From: an uncultured Jatrophihabitantaceae bacterium
Lineage (GTDB): Bacteria; Actinomycetota; Actinomycetes; Mycobacteriales; Jatrophihabitantaceae
Direction of reading: 5' to 3'
Assembly: GCA_964236495.1 (NCBI GenBank)
Contig: CAXSBR010000002.1
Coordinates: forward strand, 54,471-118,470
Length of the DNA stretch: 64,000 bases
The position numbers and the translations under genes were made by a program. The notes under the pieces are model-generated. The model saw nothing but the letters and a program-made list of their open reading frames with translations. It was not told the origin of the DNA and searched no databases. This document shows positions 1-13,993 of the stretch, piece after piece (the first letter of the stretch is position 1; every line of letters begins with the position of its first letter).

Positions 1-107
1 TCATAGCCACGGTCGCCACGGCGACCGCGACCCGGGCGTCGCTACGTGGCATACGCGCGCTGCGGCTCCAACAGCCAACGTCGGTCTGAACTGACAGCGT
101 CTGTCCG

Positions 108-1139
108 CTACTGCAGCTCGCGCAGGGCCTTGACCGCTTTGGCCTGCTCAGAGCGGGCGTGCCGTACGTCGAGGCGGGCGTCGTCGAGCCGGCGGCGAGC
201 GTCGGCGAGCTGTTCCTGCACCAGTCGGACTTCCCTACTGCTCTGCTTCTCGATCTCGACGGCTCGCGAGAGCGCGGTGTCCGCGGCCTCGACTGCTTCT
301 CGCGCCTCCGCTCGCCGGGACTCTACTTCCGCACGTTCGCGGCGTTCACTCTCCTGCTGCGCCTCGACGCGTCTGCGCGCCGCCTCCTCGGCTCGATCCG
401 CGCGCGCCTGTGCCGCCGCCTGCGGGCGCGTGGGCTTCCTCGGGGCGTCGGAGCCGGGGCGATCGTCGGCCTGCGCAGGAATGGCGGGCGTCGGCGTTTG
501 CAGTTCTGGCGAGGTGGGCTTCTGCGTGCGCGGGATCGGGTTAGGCGAGGGTGCTCGCGGTGATTGATCGGGCACCAGACTCAGCGCTGACCCGCCGAAG
601 CCGACGAACTGCGCCGCACGGACCAGCACGCCGGCACGCACGTCGGCGCGGACGTCGAGGTCGACCAGCGCGGCCTCCAACGTCGAGCGCAATTCGGCGC
701 GCAACCCCTGCGCGGCACCGGCCTGGCCGGTGGTATGCAGGGCCTGGTCCACCAGTGCGTCGACGACCTGGCGACGCTGCGCAGACAACGCGCGCAACGC
801 AGGGCCGTCCAACGACGTCTGCGCCCCGCGCAACGCGTCGCCGAGCTCGAACAACTCGACGAGGTCGGCACCGGCTGATCGGGCGAGGCGATTCAGCGTC
901 CACGCTGCGCGGGTGGGTTTACGCAGTGCGGTGATGCGCTTGGCGACGTCGGCGGCGCCGGCCTTCTTCGCCGCCGCCGCCAGCCCGACCCGAGTCGGGG
1001 TGAAGTCGTCGTAGTCGGCGGCGTAGAGCTCGGCTCGGGCGGCGTCGAACACAGCGTCGAATGCAGCATCGACCGCTGCGTCGAACGCGTCGTCGGCCAC
1101 GGCTGCATTCTGCTCGCGCGCCGCTGACGAGGCAGCCAC
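108..1139 (-). CDS. conserved hypothetical protein with a C-terminal charged coiled-coil
   Basis: 343-aa ORF. The N-terminal half is Ala-rich (TRVGLAAAAKKAGAADVAKRITALRKPTRAAW). The C-terminal part is an E/R heptad-like stretch (ERRERAEVESRRAEAREAVE). No catalytic motif recognised and the start is unverified. Confidence 0.55.
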   Translation of the reverse strand: MAASSAAREQNAAVADDAFDAAVDAAFDAVFDAARAELYAADYDDFTPTRVGLAAAAKKAGAADVAKRITALRKPTRAAWTLNRLARSAGADLVELFELGDALRGAQTSLDGPALRALSAQRRQVVDALVDQALHTTGQAGAAQGLRAELRSTLEAALVDLDVRADVRAGVLVRAAQFVGFGGSALSLVPDQSPRAPSPNPIPRTQKPTSPELQTPTPAIPAQADDRPGSDAPRKPTRPQAAAQARADRAEEAARRRVEAQQESERRERAEVESRRAEAREAVEAADTALSRAVEIEKQSSREVRLVQEQLADARRRLDDARLDVRHARSEQAKAVKALRELQ

Positions 1140-1151
1140 CGGCAGCGCCGG

Positions 1152-1463
1152 TTACTCGGGGCCGTGCGCGTCCATGCGGCGCCCGAGCCACACCCAGATC
1201 GCCAGTGTGGCAACGACGATGCCGAAACCGAAGCCGATGTCCTCCACCGGGGCGTAGGCGATGCGCCAGCCGATGATCTGGCGCGGGTCGTAGCGCACAA
1301 TGCGCAGACCCGTCAGTACACCATTCACCAGCAGCTGGAATACCAACACGATGGCGTAGCTGACCCAGAAGACCCGTCGCGTCAGCAGCTGCGTCCGCAG
1401 CACGACCAGATCAAGCCCGGCGGCAACGACGACCGTCACCGCTGAGGCAATCGTGTAGGTCAT
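1152..1463 (-). CDS. lycopene cyclase domain-containing membrane protein (CrtYc/Yd-type half)
   Basis: 103 aa with three hydrophobic helices. The sequence is typical of the short heterodimeric lycopene cyclase domain (LLVNGVLTGLRIVRYDP...PVEDIGFGF). Its ATG overlaps the upstream stop (ATGA at 1460-1463). Confidence 0.75.
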   Translation of the reverse strand: MTYTIASAVTVVVAAGLDLVVLRTQLLTRRVFWVSYAIVLVFQLLVNGVLTGLRIVRYDPRQIIGWRIAYAPVEDIGFGFGIVVATLAIWVWLGRRMDAHGPE

Positions 1464-1798
1464 CGCGGGGGTCGCCTACGGCCCGGCAAGACAACCCAGC
1501 CGGGGCGCAGTCGACGAACCGCCTCGAAGGTGAGCAACGCACAGATCGGTACGACGAGGAAGAACAGCAGCTCCTCCAGCGGTAGACCGTCTACGACGTC
1601 CAAGCCGACGAGGTATGCCCGGTCGTAACTCCACCAGCCGGCGTGGATGGCCAGTAAATCCCAGACCACGAAGACGCCGGCCACCGGCAGAATCGTCAAT
1701 GCCGCACGTCGCCACCGGCGATACACGCGCGCGCCGAGCACGAACTCCAGCGGCAACGTCGCCACCACGCAGCCCGCCAGTAGGGCTAGGTAGGTCAC
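1460..1798 (-). CDS. lycopene cyclase domain-containing membrane protein (second half)
   Basis: I use the GTG at 1798 (VTYLALLAG...), because the ATG at 1924 would overlap the next gene. The protein contains GLPLEELLFFLVVP, typical of this domain. It is translationally coupled to 1152-1463. Confidence 0.7.
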   Translation of the reverse strand: MTYLALLAGCVVATLPLEFVLGARVYRRWRRAALTILPVAGVFVVWDLLAIHAGWWSYDRAYLVGLDVVDGLPLEELLFFLVVPICALLTFEAVRRLRPGWVVLPGRRRPPR

Positions 1799-1829
1799 AT
1801 GCCGCACGGTAGGAGCAGACCGCGCCGGA

Positions 1830-2177
1830 TCAGAAACCGGCGACTTGGGCGCGCCGTTTGATCTCGGTGCCACGGTTCTCCCGCAGCGCCTGGATCGGCG
1901 TGCCGGGCAGCGAGTCGTCGGCACGGTACAGCCAGTCGACGATCTCGGCGTCGTCGTAGCGGTTGTCGCGCAGCAGCCGGATGACTCCGGGCAGGCCTTT
2001 GACGACGAGCCCGTCGGCGACGAAATCTGCCGGAACGCCGCGCGGGCCGCCCTCGAGACGCACTGCGATCAGCTCACCGTCGCGCACCAGCTGATGCACT
2101 GCTGTGATCGGGACCTTCAGCAGTTCGGCAACCGCGGGCATAGCCAGCAGTTCGACGTGGTCGGGAGCGGCAGTCAC
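1830..2177 (-). CDS. Rv2175c-family DNA-binding protein (winged-helix, known PknL substrate family)
   Basis: 115 aa. The pattern AELLKVPITAVHQLVRDGELIAV...VIRLLRDNRYDDAEIVDWLY matches the Rv2175c family, and the gene sits next to a kinase as in M. tuberculosis. Confidence 0.8.
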   Translation of the reverse strand: MTAAPDHVELLAMPAVAELLKVPITAVHQLVRDGELIAVRLEGGPRGVPADFVADGLVVKGLPGVIRLLRDNRYDDAEIVDWLYRADDSLPGTPIQALRENRGTEIKRRAQVAGF

Positions 2178-2288
2178 GCCGTCCAGGGTGCCATCCCGCC
2201 GTGGCTTGGCTTTCCGCGGTGCCGCCGGAGTCGGTCCGGTCTCTCCGAAAATAGTCGAATGCCGCCGGGCACTCGGCCTAACAGTCGC

Positions 2289-3173
2289 TCAGTCCGTTGC
2301 GACGCGCCAGCTGTCGTTGGGCGGGGCCGGTGAGCGACTGGCGTCGACGTCGGTGAACGGGCGCGGCGCACCGAGCCAGCCGGCCAGCTCCGAACCGGTC
2401 AGGCACTGCACCGGAAACGGCTCGCGCGCCAGCGCCCACTTCAGCTCGTCGACCGGTAGCGGAGCGGCGCTCGCGGCCACGACAACGTTGCCGAACCGGC
2501 GACCACCGAACACCGTCTTGTCGGTGATCACCGCCGCGTGCGGCAACACCGTCTGCAGGCCAGCCACCACCCGCTTGGTGTAGGCAAGACCGCTGCCGTC
2601 GCCGACGTTGGCCAGCAGCACTCCGGCCGGCCGCAGCACCCGCGCGAACTGCTCCGCGCACTCCACCGTCGTCAGATCAGCGGGCACCCGAGCTCCGGCG
2701 AAGGCGTCGAGCACCAGGCAGTCAGCCGAGGCATCGCCCAGTTCGGCCAGGCCGGGACGGCCCGGCACGGCACGAATGCGCAGCCGGCCGCCACGCGGGA
2801 ACGGCAGGTGCGAGCGCACCAGCGCGGTCAGCTCCTCGTCCGGTTCCAGGGTGATCTGGCTGCTGCCCGGTCGCTGTGCGGCAACATAGCGGGCCATCGT
2901 GCCCGCGCCGCCGCCGACATGAGTGACGGTGAGCGCGCCGGCGGGTAGTAGGTCGACCGCATGCGCCATCCACCGCATGTACTCGAAGTCCAGATACGTG
3001 GGATCGTCGAGGTCGACGTAGGACTGACGCACCCGGTCCAGCAGCAGGACGAACCCGCCCGGCCGGTCGGCGTCGGCGAGAATCTCGATGCGTGGCAGGA
3101 GCTCCGTGTCCTCGTCGTAGCCGCCGCTTCCCACGCCGCCGACGGTACTGGCGTGCTCCCACCGCCTGCGCAT
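2289..3173 (-). CDS. spermidine synthase-like class I methyltransferase-fold protein
   Basis: I use the ATG at 3173, since the longer 392-aa ORF would overlap the kinase gene. It has a VTHVGGGAGT nucleotide-binding motif and a DAFAG...P motif typical of the SpeE-like fold. Confidence 0.7.
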   Translation of the reverse strand: MRRRWEHASTVGGVGSGGYDEDTELLPRIEILADADRPGGFVLLLDRVRQSYVDLDDPTYLDFEYMRWMAHAVDLLPAGALTVTHVGGGAGTMARYVAAQRPGSSQITLEPDEELTALVRSHLPFPRGGRLRIRAVPGRPGLAELGDASADCLVLDAFAGARVPADLTTVECAEQFARVLRPAGVLLANVGDGSGLAYTKRVVAGLQTVLPHAAVITDKTVFGGRRFGNVVVAASAAPLPVDELKWALAREPFPVQCLTGSELAGWLGAPRPFTDVDASRSPAPPNDSWRVATD

Positions 3174-3237
3174 CGACGTCGCCGGTACTACGCAAGCTCC
3201 CGGGCGGGAGGCTCTTTCGACCGTAGAGTTCCAACCC

Positions 3238-5445
<2,208 letters not shown>

Positions 5446-5449
5446 CCCG

Positions 5450-5551
5450 CCGCTTCCAGATCAGCCGCTTCCAGATTAGCGGCTTCCAGGCCAGCGGCTT
5501 CCAGGCCAGCGGCTTCCAGACCGGCGGCTTCCAGACCAGAGGCTTGAACGA

Positions 5552-5554
<3 letters not shown>
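5450..5554. repeat. 15-bp tandem repeat, 7 copies (CGGCTTCCAGRCCAG)
   Basis: Read directly, units start at 5450, 5465, 5480, 5495, 5510, 5525 and 5540. The array fills the whole gap between the kinase stop (5445) and the convergent ltaE stop (5552-5554). Confidence 0.9.
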
Positions 5555-8091
<2,537 letters not shown>

Positions 8092-8185
8092 CTACGGGTC
8101 ACGGCCGGTCCAGCCACCGCGCAAGCGGTGACCGAACCAGCCGTGGGCACCTCGGTGCAGCTGCGTCTAGATGATGTGCGTACGC

Positions 8186-8749
8186 CTAGCCCAGGCCGCC
8201 CGTGAGCAGCCGGGTGCGCACGCCCGAGAGCACCGCGCCGGCACGCTGCTGCTCACCTGCAAACGCGCTGACCACGACAAGCGCACCGGTGAGCACCGGT
8301 ATGGCCCACTGCAGCGCCTTGAGCTGCTTCTGCGCATTCGCCACGTCGGCCGGCGTTCCGGCGCTGGGCGTGGTGCCGTCAGCCACGGGCACCGCGTTGG
8401 CAGCCGATACCTTCTTGCCCACGACGCGGGAGTAGCCGGTGACTGCCAGGGCGCCGACGGTGAGTGCCGTCTTGACCACGGCCATCGTGGCGACGCCCTT
8501 CTGGGCGCTGATGCGCTGGCTGTTACCGGCGAGCTGGCCGACGCTGCCGACGAGGTGGGCGCCGATCGCGGCGGCGTTCACCGGCGTCCAGCGGTCCCAA
8601 CCGGCATTGGTGACGGCACCGGCGCTGCTAGCGTCGCTGGTCGCTCCCGCCGCGGCGTTCAGCGACACCGCGTTGGCCAGCGTGCCACCGAACCACGCGG
8701 ACAATCCGAGGTCGTGCAATGCGCGTGAGACTACGTTCTGGTCAGCCAT
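8186..8749 (-). CDS. hypothetical membrane protein
   Basis: ATG at 8749 is preceded by AGGAGA five nt upstream. 187 aa, Ala/Gly-rich with hydrophobic segments, and no family recognised. Confidence 0.6.
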   Translation of the reverse strand: MADQNVVSRALHDLGLSAWFGGTLANAVSLNAAAGATSDASSAGAVTNAGWDRWTPVNAAAIGAHLVGSVGQLAGNSQRISAQKGVATMAVVKTALTVGALAVTGYSRVVGKKVSAANAVPVADGTTPSAGTPADVANAQKQLKALQWAIPVLTGALVVVSAFAGEQQRAGAVLSGVRTRLLTGGLG

Positions 8750-8960
8750 GAGCTCTCCTGAAGAGTGGGAACGGGCCGAGTGGCTGCGCGTACGCCGCCG
8801 GCAACGACAGCAACGACAACAAGACACCCGGAAGGATTGACGACGCAGACACGTCGTCCCGTGTGGACACGTCCGACGCGGGCTTTTACCTTAAGCACGG
8901 CCTCCCCGCGTGGCGCAAGGAATCCTGAGCGTTTGGTCAAGCTTTCTTACCCAGCCGGCG

Positions 8961-9986
8961 CTATCCGAAGAAAACTTCGGCCTCGGCGTAGAGCTCGGGG
9001 CTGACCGTCTTGAGTGTCTCGGTCGCCTCGGCCAGCGGAACCGTGATGATGTCGGTACCGCGCAACGCGACCATCACCCCGAAGTGGGCGTTGTGCACGG
9101 CGTCGATCGCATGCAGCCCGAACCGGGTGGCGAGCACCCGGTCGAACGCGGTGGGCGTTCCGCCGCGCTGAATGTGGCCCAGCACCGTCGTGCGCGCCTC
9201 CTTGCCGGTCCGCGCCTCGATCTGCTTACCCAGCCAGTCGCCGATTCCGCCGAGGCGAGGGTGGCCGAAGGCGTCGAGGTCCTGGTTCAGCGTCTGCCCG
9301 GTGCCCTCGTCGGCAGTCGCGCCCTCGGCGACGACGATGATCGGCGCGTACTGCGACTGGAACCGGCTCTCCACATACGAGCAGACCTTGTCCAGGCTGA
9401 ACCGCTGCTCGGGAATGAGAATGACGTTCGCGCCACCGGCCAGGCCGGCGTGCAGCGCGATCCAGCCGGCGTGGCGACCCATCACCTCCACGATCAGCGC
9501 GCGGTGATGCGACTCGGCCGTCGTGTGCAGCCGGTCGATCGCCTCCATCGCGATGTTCAGCGCGGTGTCGAAGCCGAAGGTGTAGTCGGTGGCGTTGAGA
9601 TCATTGTCGATGGTCTTGGGTACGCCGACGACGTTGATGCCCAGCTCGTCGAGACGGGTGGCAACGCCCAACGTGTCCTCGCCGCCGATGGCGATCAGCG
9701 CATCGACTCCCATCGCGTGCAGGTTCTCGCGAATTCTGTCGACGCCCCCGTCGATCTTGAACGGATTGGTTCGCGAGGAGCCCAAGATCGTGCCACCGCG
9801 GGGAAGGATGCCGCGAACCTGCGCGATCCCCAGTTCCATCGTCGAGCCCTCGATCGGGCCCTTCCATCCGTCGCGGAAGCCGACGAATTCGTGACCGTAG
9901 ACGCCCACCCCTTTGCGCACGACCGCGCGAATTACCGCGTTGAGCCCGGGGCAGTCGCCGCCGCCAGTCAGTACACCGATACGCAT
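8961..9986 (-). CDS. pfkA: 6-phosphofructokinase
   Basis: ATG at 9986. The protein reads MRIGVLTGGGDCPGLNAVIR...GGEDTLG...PKTIDNDL...MGRHAGWIA, the classic PFK-A motifs. The upstream part of the 452-aa ORF is discarded. Confidence 0.9.
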   Translation of the reverse strand: MRIGVLTGGGDCPGLNAVIRAVVRKGVGVYGHEFVGFRDGWKGPIEGSTMELGIAQVRGILPRGGTILGSSRTNPFKIDGGVDRIRENLHAMGVDALIAIGGEDTLGVATRLDELGINVVGVPKTIDNDLNATDYTFGFDTALNIAMEAIDRLHTTAESHHRALIVEVMGRHAGWIALHAGLAGGANVILIPEQRFSLDKVCSYVESRFQSQYAPIIVVAEGATADEGTGQTLNQDLDAFGHPRLGGIGDWLGKQIEARTGKEARTTVLGHIQRGGTPTAFDRVLATRFGLHAIDAVHNAHFGVMVALRGTDIITVPLAEATETLKTVSPELYAEAEVFFG

Positions 9987-10081
9987 GCCTGCGATCCTGC
10001 CGTAGTTCGCCGCCCTCACCAACATCATCGACACTCGAGAATCGCCCGACATGGTGAGGGCCGGTCGACGCAGGGCACGAC

Positions 10082-10576
10082 TCAGACGTGCACCCCCGCA
10101 CGGACTGACTCGATGACCTGCCAGCGCGCCCAGTTGTGCCGGGCATCGGCCAGCGCGTCGTGCTGATCGGGCGGCGCCGGCGGCAGCGCAGGCGACCCGG
10201 CGTCCTCCCAGCGCTGGCGCAGATCGTGGGTGAATCGTGGTAGCCGGCGGTCCAGCGCCCGCATGTCGCCCCACAGCTGCGCCAGGCAGACGTGGTCGTA
10301 AGCCGCCATCCACGCCCACAGTTCGACCTTGCCCGGTGCGGCGGTGAGAAAGTCGAGCAACTCGGCACGTATTGCCGTTCGATTACGCCAGACCGGCGAT
10401 GACGGCGAGGGCAACTGCTCGAGCACGTGCTTGCGAACCCAGTCGTTGGCGCGCTGCGGCTCGAACTCGCTCGACACCGCGTAGAACTCGCGCCCGTCCT
10501 CGTCGATCACGCCGATCGACACCAGTTCGATGGTCGTACCGTCTTCGATGAACTCACAGTCGTAGAAGAATCTCAT
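10082..10576 (-). CDS. Rv2179c-family DEDDh 3'-5' exoribonuclease
   Basis: 164 aa. MRFFYDCEFIEDGTTIELVSIGV closely resembles the N-terminus of Rv2179c. Confidence 0.85.
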   Translation of the reverse strand: MRFFYDCEFIEDGTTIELVSIGVIDEDGREFYAVSSEFEPQRANDWVRKHVLEQLPSPSSPVWRNRTAIRAELLDFLTAAPGKVELWAWMAAYDHVCLAQLWGDMRALDRRLPRFTHDLRQRWEDAGSPALPPAPPDQHDALADARHNWARWQVIESVRAGVHV

Positions 10577-10587
10577 CGCCGACGCCG

Positions 10588-11391
10588 TCAGCCGGCCCGC
10601 TGGGTCGGAAGACGATCGCGCAGGGCGGAATCGGTGCCGGCGGTGCGCGCCGCCGGGCCGGCAATTCGGTGTTCGGAGGGGCGACCCTTCGTCGATGCCT
10701 TTTGGTTCGCCGCTTTGTTCGCCGCTTTCACAGTGGCGGCATAGACGTCGACGTAAGTCTGCCCGGACAGGCGCAGGATCGCGGTCATGATCTCGTCGGT
10801 GACTGCCCGCTCGACGAACCGGTCACCGCTGTGCTGCTGGCTGTCGGTGAAGTCCAGCGGCGCTCCGATCCGGATCCGCGGACGGGGGCGCAGCCGCGGG
10901 ATCATCCGCTCCAGCGGCTGGATGGTGTCCGTGCCGATCATCGCGCACGGTATGACGACCGCGCCGGACTCGAGCGCGAGCCGTGCGACGCCAGTTTTAC
11001 CCCGGTACAGACGCCCGTCCGGAGATCGGGTTCCTTCGGGGTAGATGCCCAAAACGTTGCCCGCGCGCAGCAGCCGAACGCCGCTGTTCAGCGCGTCTAG
11101 CGCGGCGTCGGCATCGGTGCGGTCCACCGGAACCTGCCCGATAGCGGAGAAGAACCAGCGCCAGATCCGGCCCTTGATTCCGCCGGTGGTGAAATACTCG
11201 GCCTTGGCCAGATAGGTGATGCGCCGCGCAACGCAGACGGGCAGGAACAACGAGTCGCAGAAGGACAGATGATTACTGGCCAGGATGGCCGGGCCGTCGG
11301 CGGGCACGTTGTCCAGGCCTTCGATGCGGGGTCGCCACACGATGCGCAAGACCGGGCCCAGGATCACCCGCTTGAGCAGCCAGTAGAGCAC
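10588..11391 (-). CDS. plsC: lysophospholipid (1-acyl-sn-glycerol-3-phosphate) acyltransferase
   Basis: I use the GTG at 11391, which has AGGAGA seven nt upstream. The protein has the NHLSFCD (HX4D) and EGTRS motifs, aligns with the Rv2182c N-terminus, and has a Lys/Ala-rich C-terminal tail. Confidence 0.8.
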   Translation of the reverse strand: MLYWLLKRVILGPVLRIVWRPRIEGLDNVPADGPAILASNHLSFCDSLFLPVCVARRITYLAKAEYFTTGGIKGRIWRWFFSAIGQVPVDRTDADAALDALNSGVRLLRAGNVLGIYPEGTRSPDGRLYRGKTGVARLALESGAVVIPCAMIGTDTIQPLERMIPRLRPRPRIRIGAPLDFTDSQQHSGDRFVERAVTDEIMTAILRLSGQTYVDVYAATVKAANKAANQKASTKGRPSEHRIAGPAARTAGTDSALRDRLPTQRAG

Positions 11392-11586
11392 CTGCGATCT
11401 CCTGTCGTCGTCGTCGTCAAAGACCCGTGCTCCGACGCCCGCGCCGCGTAGGCCGCCCGCCCGTACCGGTGAGGATCTGCCCGACAGTGAGGACCCTAGT
11501 GCCGGTAACGTAGCCGGGACAACGCGCTGCATCGTGTCAGCAGGCGGATTCCGACGGCTGTACCTACCAAGGAGCGACAGGGACCC

Positions 11587-12348
11587 GTGACTCCGCCTGC
11601 GTTACTGCCCGGTGCCGAGGCGTTCCGCCACGACGGCGGACCGGTGGGCGTGGTCATCTCACACGGCTTCACCGGCTCCCCCGCCAGCATGCGCGGCTGG
11701 GCCGAGCACCTCGCGGCCGCCGGCTACTCGGTGCGGCTTCCCCTGCTGCCCGGCCACGGCACGACCTGGCAGAACGCGAACGCCACGACGTGGCCGCAGT
11801 GGTACGCCGCGGTCGAGGCGGAATTCCTCGACCTTCGCAGCCGATGCGAGCATGTGTTCGCGGCCGGTCTGTCGATGGGCGGCACGCTGGTCACCAAGCT
11901 GGCCGAGGATCACCCCGACGCCGTCGCCGGCCTGGTGCTGGTCAATCCCGCCTACGGCACCAAGCGGCGCGACGCCCGGTTCGCCCCGTTGGTGGCTCGG
12001 GTGCTGGCCTCCCGGCCCGGGTTCGGCAGCGATATCAAGGCCGGCACCAGTGAAAACGGCTACGACCGGGTTCCCCTGCGCGCCTTCGTCTCGTTACAGG
12101 GTTTGTGGCGGGTCGTGGCCGCGGATCTGGGCAAGGTCACCGCGCCAATTCTGATGTACACCAGCCGCGTCGACCACGTCGTCGACGAGCTGTCGGCGAA
12201 GATGCTGCACGCCGGTGCCACCCACGCCGACATCGCGCACGTCTGGCTGGAGAACAGCTACCACGTCGCCACCGTCGACCACGACGCTGCGCTCATCTTC
12301 CAGGGCAGCGTCGAGTTCATCCGCGCCCACTGTCCGGCGAACGCGTAG
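11587..12348 (+). CDS. alpha/beta hydrolase (carboxylesterase / monoacylglycerol-lipase-like)
   Basis: 253 aa with an HGFTGSP oxyanion motif, a GLSMGG nucleophile elbow and a C-terminal H in SYH. Confidence 0.85.
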   Translation: MTPPALLPGAEAFRHDGGPVGVVISHGFTGSPASMRGWAEHLAAAGYSVRLPLLPGHGTTWQNANATTWPQWYAAVEAEFLDLRSRCEHVFAAGLSMGGTLVTKLAEDHPDAVAGLVLVNPAYGTKRRDARFAPLVARVLASRPGFGSDIKAGTSENGYDRVPLRAFVSLQGLWRVVAADLGKVTAPILMYTSRVDHVVDELSAKMLHAGATHADIAHVWLENSYHVATVDHDAALIFQGSVEFIRAHCPANA

Positions 12349-12355
12349 GCCGGTC

Positions 12356-13270
12356 GTGGTGTTCCAGCCACCGCCGCAGCGACGCGACAACGGTCTGCGG
12401 GCTGACGTCTTCGTGGCCCTGGCCGATGTCGATCCGCGCCTGGGCGAACACCTGCTCGACCTGCTTCGGCTGGCCGACATCGCTGCCTACCTCGAACCGC
12501 CCGCAGATCCACGGACGGCGAACCGGTACCGCGGCCAAGGCCCGATCGAGCGGTTGTTCGTCCAGTCCGACTTGCGTCGAGCAGCCCGCGACGTCGTTCT
12601 CGACGCCGCGCGCGAGGCCGGTGCCAGCGTGCCGACCGAGCCGACCGAGCGGGGGGGCGCTCCGGCACCCGCTGCACCGACGCGGCCCGACCACCGCCCC
12701 GATCCTCTGGCCGGTGTGGACACCGACGCGGAGTTCGCCCGGATCATGGCCGGCTTCGACCACACCGCCCCAGCCCCGGATGGGAGCGCCGCGCTCGGTT
12801 CCCTTCCCTCAGCGGGCGCAGACCATGCGCGCTCCGAGCGAGGTCAGGCTGCCAGTGACGCCGTCGACGGCGATGCGCGTGAGGTCGCCTCGGGCGACGG
12901 CGACACGTACGAGGTGGACCCCGTCGGCCGTGCCGCCGAGGTGACTGGAAGACAGGATGCGGTGCGTGCCCGACCCGTCGACGAGGCCGGCGAAGGAGCC
13001 GTCGATGAAGCGCTGGACGACGCCGAGGAGCACTTTGTTCCTCCTCCTGCGCCGCCTTTCCCGGTTCCACGTGCCGGCACCGTAGGCGCGGTGGCCGTTC
13101 TCATGCTCGGACTGCTCGTTCTCGCCCGCGGTGCCTGGTTCGGCCTGGGCGGAGCGGCATCCTTCCCGATCGGGGTGATCCTGGTGCTTGTCGCGGTCGG
13201 TCTGTTCGTTCGCGGTCTGCGCGAGGCCGATCCTGAGGACATCGATCCCGACGACGGTGCCATTGTCTGA
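12356..13270 (+). CDS. conserved hypothetical protein with a C-terminal double-TM anchor
   Basis: GTG at 12356 or 12359, just after the hydrolase stop. The protein has an acidic, disordered middle and a C-terminal AVAVLMLGLLVLA...PIGVILVLVAVGLFV segment. Confidence 0.55.
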   Translation: MVFQPPPQRRDNGLRADVFVALADVDPRLGEHLLDLLRLADIAAYLEPPADPRTANRYRGQGPIERLFVQSDLRRAARDVVLDAAREAGASVPTEPTERGGAPAPAAPTRPDHRPDPLAGVDTDAEFARIMAGFDHTAPAPDGSAALGSLPSAGADHARSERGQAASDAVDGDAREVASGDGDTYEVDPVGRAAEVTGRQDAVRARPVDEAGEGAVDEALDDAEEHFVPPPAPPFPVPRAGTVGAVAVLMLGLLVLARGAWFGLGGAASFPIGVILVLVAVGLFVRGLREADPEDIDPDDGAIV

Positions 13271-13303
13271 GCTGAGTCAGCGCTGGATAGCGCGCGCCTT
13301 AGC

Positions 13304-13993
13304 TCAGGGCACGTCGAGCTCGACCAGTAACGGGCAGTGGTCGCTGGCAACCGCGACGTCGGGCGAGTGCAAGGCCTGAGCGCTACGTACGCACAGCCGG
13401 GCGTCGACGAACATGGCGTCGATGCGCTTGTGCGGATCCATGGCGCTCCAGGTGAGGCCGTCGCCGATGCCCGCGACGACCTGGGCGTCCCGGCCGCGCG
13501 CGGCAAGCGCCTGCCACACCGGAGTGTCGGGCAGATCGTTGATGTCGCCCATCACGACCGATGCAACGTCGGTGTCGACGTAGCGATCCACGCAGGCGTG
13601 CAGCTCGTCGACATGACGCAGTCGAGCCTCCTCCTCGAGATCGAGATGGGTACCGGCGACGGCGAAGCGGGCTGCACCCAGGCGCAGTACCGCCACCGCG
13701 GCGCCGCGCTGGTGTAGCCCGCGGTCTTTGGTGAACAGGACGTCGGCCTGCGCGTCGACTGTGACGGCAAGGGTGGACAGGATCAGGTTGGAACCGGCCG
13801 GCCGACCGCCGCCCACAACAACCATCCCCGCTCGGCGCGCCAGCCGGGCGTGGCTGGTGCGCCAGCCCAAAAAGCGCGGCGCTTCCTGGATGCACACCAC
13901 GTCGGGCGCCGCGGCCCGGATTACGCGCGCTACGGCCATCGGATCGTCGCGCAACGAGCGGATGTTGTAGCTCATCAGCCGAATCGTTCTCAC
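13304..13993 (-). CDS. endonuclease/exonuclease/phosphatase (EEP) family protein
   Basis: I use the GTG at 13993, which overlaps the glucokinase stop (GTGA at 13990-13993). The protein reads SYNIRS...VVCIQEA...GTHLD...GDIND...SDHCPL, the EEP signature. Confidence 0.8.
   Translation of the reverse strand: MRTIRLMSYNIRSLRDDPMAVARVIRAAAPDVVCIQEAPRFLGWRTSHARLARRAGMVVVGGGRPAGSNLILSTLAVTVDAQADVLFTKDRGLHQRGAAVAVLRLGAARFAVAGTHLDLEEEARLRHVDELHACVDRYVDTDVASVVMGDINDLPDTPVWQALAARGRDAQVVAGIGDGLTWSAMDPHKRIDAMFVDARLCVRSAQALHSPDVAVASDHCPLLVELDVP

Noticed and set aside
10-27. Palindrome CGGTCGCC-AC-GGCGACCG as a terminator of the 108-1139 gene
   Set aside because: The loop is too small, there is no U-tract, it lies about 80 nt from the stop and it is at the window edge, so there is not enough context to call it.
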